Origin: Capsulimonadales bacterium
GTDB lineage: Bacteria > Armatimonadota > Armatimonadia > Armatimonadales > Armatimonadaceae
Length of the DNA stretch: 22,930 nt
Assembly (NCBI GenBank): GCA_033762295.1
Contig: JANRLW010000021.1
Coordinates: forward strand, 1 to 22,930
Direction: 5' to 3'
Shown here: in pieces, positions 1-5,953 of the stretch
How positions within the stretch are numbered: the first letter of the stretch is position 1
How the letters are laid out: each line of letters begins with the position of its first letter
Program-made: the position numbers and the translations under genes
Notes under the pieces: generated by a model
Databases searched by the model: none
Told to the model about the DNA's origin: nothing
What the model saw: the letters and a program-made list of their open reading frames with translations, nothing else

Positions 1-413
1 ACAGTGAACACAACCGAGCGCAATTCGGCGACGGCCAGCGCGTCGGCACGGCGCATCTGTGCGGAGGCTACCCCGCGCCGCGCTGTGCGCGTCCCGTTCA
101 CCTCCAGCGGTTGCTGGAAGAGAACCTCCGTGTCGGAGCCGCCCTGGACCCCACCCGTTAGGGCAGGGTTAAAGAGCGCGGTCGGGTTGGTCAGGTTGCC
201 TGCGGCACGGACCCCCTGGCGGGCGGCGGACACGTCGCGGACAGCGGCGGCGAGGCGGCGGTTGTTGGCGACGGCAACGCGCACCGCGTCGTCAACGGTC
301 AGCGACGGGGCCGTTGACGACGCCGCAGGCGTGTCGGGCGGCTGCTGTTGGTAGACCGATATGATGGCGGCGGGGGCGACCTCACCGCCGATGGGTGGAA
401 ACGGGAATGGCAA
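1..413 (-). CDS. TolC/CzcC-family outer-membrane efflux protein, 5' part (runs off the window)
   Basis: Not in the ORF track. TTG at 413 follows AGGAGG. Translation ...SLTVDDAVRVAVANNRRLAAAVRDVSAARQGVRAAGNLTNPTALF...LFQQPLEVNGTRTARRGVASAQ... matches the OEP/CzcC N-terminal pattern. An in-frame TGA at 447-449 prevents a more upstream start. Confidence 0.85.
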   Translation of the reverse strand, partial: MPFPFPPIGGEVAPAAIISVYQQQPPDTPAASSTAPSLTVDDAVRVAVANNRRLAAAVRDVSAARQGVRAAGNLTNPTALFNPALTGGVQGGSDTEVLFQQPLEVNGTRTARRGVASAQMRRADALAVAELRSVVFT

Positions 414-416
414 TCT

Positions 417-543
417 GCTCCTCCTGACGAAACGTGAAGTTGGTCGTCAGGCGGGAGGCATGAAAAGGGCGTGTACGAAAGCAACGCGCGGCAAAGTTCC
501 GACTCGGCTTGACGACCGTGATGACAACGGTTGTCAGGAGAGC
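417..543 (-). promoter_or_regulatory. Putative translational attenuator (alternative stems over the Shine-Dalgarno of the TolC-like gene)
   Basis: mRNA segments: 1 UGACAACCG (536-528), 2 CGGUCGUCA (518-510), 3 CCUGACGACC (451-442), 4 UCGUCAGGAGG (430-420). Pairings 1:2, 2:3 and 3:4 are all possible, and segment 4 contains the SD. Confidence 0.65.
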
Positions 544-1019
544 GGCGGAGCGCGAGGAGAGGCGGGGGAAGCAGCGAAATCAGGCGTCGGAGGCGGACCA
601 CGTGCCTCGACGGGAGTGACATCGCGCTCGCCGACGAACGGCTCAGGGGCGTTCAGCGATGCCACAGGAGGCAAAGCGACGAGCAACGGGTACACAGACG
701 CTGGGGTGGAAACATCCACAGCGGGGGGTTGCTCGTCGGACGCACCGATGACCATGCGGCAGTCGCATGGCGCGGGGCACATAGTGGGCCTCGTCTCACC
801 CTTCGCAGACACCGCGCTGTCGGTTACCGATTCGCACTGCGAATCGCGTTCGACAGATGGCGCGTCACAGCAACAGAAGAACGGCGTGTACCCGCAAGCG
901 CGGCCCTCGCAATACCACGTCACCGCGACGCGAGCGAACGCCATCGGCATGGCAAAGGCCATGACGAGCAGGGTAGCCAAGAGCGGCTTCGGCATTCGAT
1001 AGCGATGGGTGCGGCGCAC
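534..1019 (-). CDS. DUF2946/CruR-like Cys-rich leader protein with C-terminal RGPP/RAPP arrest motif
   Basis: N-terminal hydrophobic signal, Cys clusters (CEGRAC, CCC, CPAPCDC), Pro-rich linker, ending ARGPPP...SPRAPPLS*. Lies directly upstream of an outer-membrane metal transport gene. Confidence 0.75.
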   Translation of the reverse strand: MRRTHRYRMPKPLLATLLVMAFAMPMAFARVAVTWYCEGRACGYTPFFCCCDAPSVERDSQCESVTDSAVSAKGETRPTMCPAPCDCRMVIGASDEQPPAVDVSTPASVYPLLVALPPVASLNAPEPFVGERDVTPVEARGPPPTPDFAASPASPRAPPLS

Positions 1020-1025
1020 GGCTTC

Positions 1026-1031
1026 ATTGTA
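1026..1031 (-). promoter_or_regulatory. -10 box TACAAT, probably for a leaderless transcript starting at GTG 1019
   Basis: TACAAT-N6-GTG on the minus strand with no SD in between. Confidence 0.5.
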
Positions 1032-1089
1032 CCTCTGTCGCCCCCGCGCTACAACTGTATCTGCGGGGGCGGCACGGAGCGGGGTTGCG

Positions 1090-1818
1090 TCAGGAGCCGA
1101 CCGCCTCGGCGACGGCCTTCTCGACCTCCTTGAGATCGACCTTGCCCGCCCAGTGGCGGACGATCTGCCCGTCCTTGACCAAGATCACCGACGGGACAGC
1201 CTTCACCCCCCACTGCTGCCAGACAGGGGCATCCGCCGCCGCGTCGAGCAGGATCGGGTAGGTGTACTTGGTCTTCTGTTTGGCGAGGAACGGGCCGACC
1301 TTCTTGGCGCCTTCCTCGTCGATGGACACGCCCACGACGGAGAACTTGCCGCCCGCAGCGTACTTCTGGTGCAGGCGCTGGAGTTCGGGCATGGCCTTGA
1401 CGCACGGCCCGCACCACGTCGCCCAGAAGTCCACCAGCAGCACCTTGCCGCCCGCCGCAAGCCCCGTTAGCGTGACCTTCTCGCCCGCCGCCGCTGTCGC
1501 GGTCGGGAGCGAGAACGCAGGCGCGGGCCGCGGCACGGGGGCGGGCAGGTAGGCGTTGGGGTCCTTGACGAACGCCTCGACCTCCTTCTTCGAGCAGAAG
1601 TAGTAGGTCTTGCCCTTGTACGCGACGGCGCCTGCGGGCTTCTCCTCGCCGTGCTCCTCGCCGTTTTGCGAGCAGATGAAGCACTCCGCCTTCGCGGGCA
1701 GCTTGTCCTTCACGACGACGGCCTTTTCTTGGGCGTGTGCCGTCGGCGGCGGGGCCGCAAGGAGCAGGCCGAGGGCAACGCCGACCGCCGCCCCGAGCCT
1801 TCCCGTGTTATTGTTCAT
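1090..1818 (-). CDS. Exported YHS/TRASH-domain plus TlpA-family thiol-disulfide oxidoreductase fusion
   Basis: Signal peptide ending AHA. CFIC...YKGKTYYFCS...F.KDP..Y is YHS/TRASH-like. LLVDFWATWCGPCVKAMPEL and WGVKAVPSVILV are TlpA/redoxin motifs. SD AAGG upstream. Confidence 0.9.
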   Translation of the reverse strand: MNNNTGRLGAAVGVALGLLLAAPPPTAHAQEKAVVVKDKLPAKAECFICSQNGEEHGEEKPAGAVAYKGKTYYFCSKKEVEAFVKDPNAYLPAPVPRPAPAFSLPTATAAAGEKVTLTGLAAGGKVLLVDFWATWCGPCVKAMPELQRLHQKYAAGGKFSVVGVSIDEEGAKKVGPFLAKQKTKYTYPILLDAAADAPVWQQWGVKAVPSVILVKDGQIVRHWAGKVDLKEVEKAVAEAVGS

Positions 1819-1832
1819 GTCGTTTTACCTTC

Positions 1833-2549
1833 TCAAAAGTTCTGCGCGAACGCGAAGCCGAGCCGCTTGTTGAACGCGGCGACGAGCGAGAACGTCCGCC
1901 CCCTGCGGTCCGACCACGAGAGCGTCGTGTGGCCGTACTTGCCGTCGCACATCGGCAGGAGCGTCACCGAGTCGGAGAGCGCGATGCTGGCCCCGAACGG
2001 GACCAGCAACTCGCGGCCCCATTCCGAGTAGGAGAGGCCGAGGTAGGGCGCGACACGCCCCCGCTCGCCGCCGATCTGCTTCTGCGCGGTGACGAAGTAG
2101 GCCATCCCCGACGGCGTCCCGATGCGGTCCGAGCTGAACCCCGCGATGATCCCTGCCCGCGTCTCCGTCTCGGTCTGGAGGAAGTAGTTGCCGATAGGGT
2201 TCAGCGTCTCGTCGGGCGCGTTCGGGTTGTACTCCAGGCCGAGTTGCAGGCGCGGGGCGACCCGCGCCGAGAGCGTGGTGCGCCAGCGCGGGCGCTCCTC
2301 GCGGGTGTTGACGTATCGCTGGCTGAACTGCCACTTGCCTTGAATGCCGCTCGCACGGAGCGGCGACCCCTCGCCAGGTCACCCCGTTCACGGGGGGAGA
2401 GTGGAGCGGAGCCGCTGCCGCTGGTCCTGCGCCCTGTCGGGCGCGGCGGCGGTGGGCGGCTTCTCCTGCTCCTGAGCGCGGGCGGCGGGCGCGGCGGACA
2501 GCAGCAGTGCCGCCGCAGCCGCGCCCGTCATGTAGCGGGAGAAAAACAT
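1833..2549 (-). CDS. Putative outer-membrane beta-barrel selenoprotein A, 238 aa, U54-T-G-U57
   Basis: Signal peptide (MFFSRYMTGAAAAALLLSAAPAARA). TGA at 2390-2388 and 2381-2379. The frame then stays open into the tracked ORF 1833..2105. Amphipathic beta strands and C-terminal Phe. Paralogous to 3170..3877. Confidence 0.8.
2346..2364 (-). promoter_or_regulatory. Candidate bacterial SECIS hairpin for gene A
   Basis: GCCGCUC-CGUGC-GAGCGGC: 7-bp stem with GU in the loop. The loop begins 21 nt after the second UGA and 30 nt after the first. Confidence 0.55.
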
Positions 2550-2560
2550 CGGGTTCGGAC

Positions 2561-2719
2561 CTACGCCTTTTTCCCCGCGTCGCTGGCGCAACAGGCGCAC
2601 CCACACGAGCAGGTGCAGGCGCCGCCAGCGCAACAGTCCGTCTGTGCGCAGCAGGCGCAGTCGTCGGGACAACAGGAGCAACACGCGGCTTCGTGAGCCA
2701 CAGCAGTCATGGAGGTCAT
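2561..2719 (-). CDS. Metallothionein-like peptide, 52 aa, 15 Cys
   Basis: Not in the ORF track. SD GAAAGGA, then MTSMTAVAHEAACCSCCPDDCACCAQTDCCAGGACTCSCGCACCASDAGKKA*. Fits neatly between arsR and gene A. Confidence 0.85.
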   Translation of the reverse strand: MTSMTAVAHEAACCSCCPDDCACCAQTDCCAGGACTCSCGCACCASDAGKKA

Positions 2720-2748
2720 GGTTCTTTCCTTTCGCTGGCCTTGTTCGT

Positions 2749-3078
2749 CTACTTGCCCGACACGAACGCGGCGATGTGGACCAGGGCGTCGGGGCGGACG
2801 CGGCAGTGGACGACCCGCCCGCGGCGCTCGGTGGCGATGAGGCCCGCCGCCCGCAGCTCATTCAGGTGGTGGGTCAGCGTGGACGGGGCGCAAGGCACCT
2901 GGCAGCGGATGCGGCAGGCGGTCACGCCGTCGCACTCGCCGCAGCACGTCCCGCTGTCGGTATCGTAGCCACAGGTCGGCCCGCAGCAGCGGATGCACTG
3001 AAATACGGCCAGCCGCGTCGGGTCGGCCAGGGCCTTAAAGATAGTCGCCAGATCGGGCGCGACGGGTTCCTCGGGCAT
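2749..3078 (-). CDS. ArsR/SmtB-family metalloregulator with a Cys-rich insertion
   Basis: FKALADPTRL...APSTLTHHLNELRAAGLIATERRGR is the winged-HTH signature. 11 Cys in total. Confidence 0.92.
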   Translation of the reverse strand: MPEEPVAPDLATIFKALADPTRLAVFQCIRCCGPTCGYDTDSGTCCGECDGVTACRIRCQVPCAPSTLTHHLNELRAAGLIATERRGRVVHCRVRPDALVHIAAFVSGK

Positions 3079-3082
3079 CAGC

Positions 3083-3129
3083 TAACCTTTCGACGAACAT
3101 CGAAATTTTCGATGTTCGTCGAAAGGTTA
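3083..3129. promoter_or_regulatory. Perfect 23-1-23 inverted repeat, likely double ArsR operator
   Basis: TAACCTTTCGACGAACATCGAAA-T-TTTCGATGTTCGTCGAAAGGTTA. Each arm contains TTCGA-N6-TCGAA. It spans the -10 box and SD of arsR. Confidence 0.8.
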
Positions 3130-3152
3130 TCACGGGCGGCGGCGAGTGTCAA
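3124..3152 (-). promoter_or_regulatory. Sigma70-type promoter for the arsR operon
   Basis: TTGACA (3152-3147), 17-nt spacer, extended -10 TGa-TAACCT (3129-3124). Confidence 0.75.
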
Positions 3153-3169
3153 CCCCGCCGCGCGAGGCG

Positions 3170-3877
3170 TCAATGGTCGGCGGTGCCGAGCGGGAAACTC
3201 GCCGCCGCGAGAGGGCCGATCTTATTGCCCCTTGCCGCCACGATCCCGAGGCGGATCGGTACGCCTCCGACAGTGCCCACCTGGCCGACGAGTCCCAGGT
3301 TGACGTAGCGACCGTCGAACTGCGCGGACAGGTTCAACCCACGCGCGACGCGGACGTTCGCGCCCGTGAGGAAGCGCCAGCGATCGCGCTCGTTGCTGAC
3401 GACCGCCGTGCCGATGTAGAGCGACAGCGGCAGCCTCGTGTTCTCCTCAATGTCTTTAGCGAGCGTGGTGAACAACCCCGACCGTCCCCCGCCGAGCGAG
3501 TCGGTTAGTACGCCCGTCGTCCAGGCGGGACGCGCCGCAGTTTCGGGGAGCAGGGTGTACGTCGCCAGGGGCCTGACAATGGACTGCTTCCACAGGTAGC
3601 CGAAGCCGACCTCAAGCCGCGGCGTGACGCCGTAGCGGACGAAGGTTTCGGTCTTGCCTGCGAGGCCGTCCGAGTGCATGGTGGCGATGAGAAGCCGCTT
3701 CTGCGGCAGTGTGGCCCCGACTGAACCAGTCGGGTTCCCGCTCTGGGCGGAATATCCAGAGGCGGGTCACAGCGGTCACGGAGGCGCGGACTGGGCGCGG
3801 GCCGCGGACGGTGCGCCAGCTACGCCCGCGAACAGCACGAGGGCGGAAATCCACCCCGCGCGGGACACTGGGATCAT
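3170..3877 (-). CDS. Putative outer-membrane beta-barrel selenoprotein B, 235 aa, U34-P-L-U37
   Basis: SD AAGGAG and ATG at 3877. Signal peptide ending AARA, then QSAPP. TGA at 3778-3776 and 3769-3767. The frame stays open into the tracked ORF 3170..3679. Amphipathic beta strands. Paralogous to gene A. Confidence 0.8.
3716..3766 (-). promoter_or_regulatory. Tandem hairpins after the UGA pair of gene B (candidate SECIS)
   Basis: CCCG-C-CUCUGG/CCAGAG-CGGG (3766-3737) starts immediately after the second UGA. A perfect 8-bp stem CCCGACUG-GUU-CAGUCGGG (3734-3716) follows. Confidence 0.45.
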
Positions 3878-3912
3878 AAGGTTCTCCTTGGGGATCGGGA
3901 GCCGACGGTATA

Positions 3913-3939
3913 GGCGGGGCGGGAGATTCCCGCCCCGCC
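3913..3939 (-). terminator. Intergenic 12-bp GC hairpin (attenuating terminator or mRNA stabiliser)
   Basis: GGCGGGGCGGGA-N3-TCCCGCCCCGCC, 11 nt after the stop at 3951. No real U-tract. Confidence 0.45.
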
Positions 3940-3950
3940 GTGACGGACTC

Positions 3951-4499
3951 CTACTTCGCGGCGGGCGCGGCGCAGCAGGTGGCACTGGTGTGGTTGGCAC
4001 GGGGGGCGCTGGCCTGCTTGTCGGCTTTGTCGCCGCAACATCCGCCCGTGGGACAGCCGCACTCAGCGGTGCAGACGCCCTTCGCGGAGTCGCAACAGGA
4101 CTTGTCCGCCTTGCAGCAGCCCACGACCGAACAGCAGTTCCCTTTCGCACAGCAGTTGCCGCCAGAGCAACAAGACGAAGCCGCCTTCGTTCGGGCGGCA
4201 GGGCTACGTCCGCTGGCTGCGGTGGTAGAGGCGTTGCCCGTCGTTACCACCGCCTGAGACGCCCAGACGGACCGCTTGCCGACGGTCACGAGGTAGTCGC
4301 CCTTGCCGCCAGGCGTCGAGGCGACGGCAGGAGCGGCGGCGGGGCGGGCGCAACAGGCGGTTACGCGGCTGCCGTCGCTACGGGAACCGCCAGAACCCGC
4401 GACCGACGACGCGGGGACGAAAGACACAGCCGCAAAGACGAGAGCGGCGACGGCGAACGGCGCGGAAAGCGCCGCGTTCTTGATTCGGATGACGTTCAT
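3951..4499 (-). CDS. Exported Cys-rich metallothionein-like protein (19 Cys, 8 CC doublets)
   Basis: SD AGGAG. Signal-peptide-like N-terminus. CC-x4-CC-x4-CC-x4-CC-x5-CC run. Confidence 0.8.
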   Translation of the reverse strand: MNVIRIKNAALSAPFAVAALVFAAVSFVPASSVAGSGGSRSDGSRVTACCARPAAAPAVASTPGGKGDYLVTVGKRSVWASQAVVTTGNASTTAASGRSPAARTKAASSCCSGGNCCAKGNCCSVVGCCKADKSCCDSAKGVCTAECGCPTGGCCGDKADKQASAPRANHTSATCCAAPAAK

Positions 4500-4500
4500 G

Positions 4501-4646
4501 TTCTTCTCCTGCCCTATCGTGTCCGATGAGGCCAGATGGACGGGCGCGGGCGGGGTGCCAGTAGGCGAGCAAGCGACAAGCGCGAGCGCACCGAGGCGCC
4601 ACCAGCCGCCAGCGCGACAGCGACGATAGCCGTGTCAGGAGAAGAA
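4501..4646 (-). promoter_or_regulatory. Long-range anti-SD stem joining the leader's last codons to the SD of 3951..4499
   Basis: UUCUUCUCCUG (4646-4636) is the exact 11-nt complement of CAGGAGAAGAA (4511-4501). An inner stem CUAUCGU (4629-4623) pairs with ACGAUAG (4520-4514). Confidence 0.7.
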
Positions 4647-5066
4647 AGGGGGACCGCGGGCGGGTACGGCCCCGACGGGCGGGGCGCGAGGGGCGACCGA
4701 GGTGAGAAGGAATGGCATCACCGCGACCTCGGTGGTGACGGGCACCCCGATAGCGGGTGGGGCGGGAACCCAGGCGGCCGACGGGCCGAGATCGGGAGTC
4801 ACCGCAGCGACGGCGGGCGGTTGCTCATGGTCGGGCGTGATACGCAGGTCACAGCAGCCAGGGCTGGTCAGCGCGTAGCGGTCGCTGCCGTCCGCGCCGA
4901 CCGTCACGGCGACGGCGCAGCACGAGTCGCGGTTCTCGGCGTCGGCGACCACGGGCGGCATCGGCTCGCCCGTCATGCGGCACACGAGCGTCGGGGCGGC
5001 GGGCAACGTGAAGAACGTAGCCAGCAGGCAGAGTACCGTATGGAGGGCCAGCACCCGACGGAGCAT
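4635..5066 (-). CDS. Second DUF2946/CruR-like Cys-rich leader protein with RAPP/RGPP motif
   Basis: Hydrophobic N-terminus, LVCRMTG, DSCC, PGCCD, Pro-rich linker, ending PRAPPVGAVPARGPPFFS*. ATG 5066 is preferred over TTG 5075 because it lies 7 nt after TATATT. Confidence 0.75.
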   Translation of the reverse strand: MLRRVLALHTVLCLLATFFTLPAAPTLVCRMTGEPMPPVVADAENRDSCCAVAVTVGADGSDRYALTSPGCCDLRITPDHEQPPAVAAVTPDLGPSAAWVPAPPAIGVPVTTEVAVMPFLLTSVAPRAPPVGAVPARGPPFFS

Positions 5067-5073
5067 CAGGATC

Positions 5074-5079
5074 AATATA
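5074..5079 (-). promoter_or_regulatory. -10 box TATATT, probably for a leaderless transcript starting at ATG 5066
   Basis: TATATT-N7-ATG with no SD. Confidence 0.5.
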
Positions 5080-5953
5080 CGGCAGATGGCACGGTTTTAG
5101 TTCCCGCAGGCTGCGTCCGTCGTGTCGGTCAGCGGACGCGAGCGGGGACTCACTGGCTCAGGAAGGCACTCCATTCGAGGGGCGGCGGTCTGTTAGGGGT
5201 ACGCGCTCGGCCCTTGCGTCGGTGTTATGTTGGCGGCGTGGCTCTACGAGGCGGGGTGGAACACGCGCAGGGAGTGCCTGGCGGTTGCTCTGCGTCAGGT
5301 GAACCATGCGCCGTAGGCGAGAACAGACCACCCATAGATGCCTTATAGTCGGGTGTCAAAAACTGCCAGCCCGTTCGGACTTCATGACGGCGTTCGGAAC
5401 CGTCGTTCCGAGCGGCGGGGAATACCTCAACACCGTCAATGGGACACACGCTTCAATGCAATAGCCCTTTGGCTGGACGAGAACACCCTTTGTAGCCGTT
5501 TGTAGGCGAGCCATGATAGATGAGCCGCGCCCCTTGCTGGAATGAGCCTGAAAACGCCCCTGTCAGCACTTTGCGGTTCAAGGCTTTGACTTTCCACTCG
5601 ACGCGACAGCCAGTGCGCGTCCTACACTTTCTCTGCGATTGCGGCAGGAGGCACTTGCGCGTCGGTTCAACAGGGTCTGGTTCACGACGTTTCCCCGACC
5701 GACAAACTGGCGCGGTGGCTCGGCTACGGCGGGGCCAGGGTACCTCGCCGTCGCCGCGCCGTAGTTCTACTGGGATTGGTTACTCGGTCCCGCGCACACT
5801 CGACATCGCCCCGTTGATCTGCTACTAAACGAGTCAGAGCGGCGTAGCAACAGTCGTCGTGAGCATCGAAGAAGACGCGAAAAATAGGTGGCGGCGATTC
5901 TGTGCCGAATGGATGCGGGCGGCACGAGAACGCGGGGAAGCACCCTCTAAAAA

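Noticed and set aside
1825..2861. Tracked ORFs 1825..2604, 2388..2861 and 1737..2696
   Set aside because: Shadow or alternative frames of gene A, the metallothionein and arsR. Only the last 53 codons of 2388..2861 are real, as the N-terminus of gene A.
1833..3877. Genome-wide UGA reassignment (Trp/Gly) as the explanation for the in-frame TGAs
   Set aside because: TGA is the ordinary stop of many genes here (1090, 1833, 3170, 10386, 14248), and Trp is encoded by TGG within the same genes.
1833..3877. Barrel genes as simple pseudogenes
   Set aside because: No frameshifts or TAA/TAG stops. Two diverged paralogues have identical TGA-N6-TGA spacing and Pro context, with intact signal peptides. 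Not formally excluded without homologues.
4499..4637. Read-through of the leader's TGA (4637) into the in-frame Cys-rich gene; the other leader's stop (536) is also in frame with the TolC-like gene
   Set aside because: Each downstream gene has its own SD and start, RAPP-type leaders normally end a few residues after the motif, and the intervening translation looks non-coding. The second case has another stop at 447-449.
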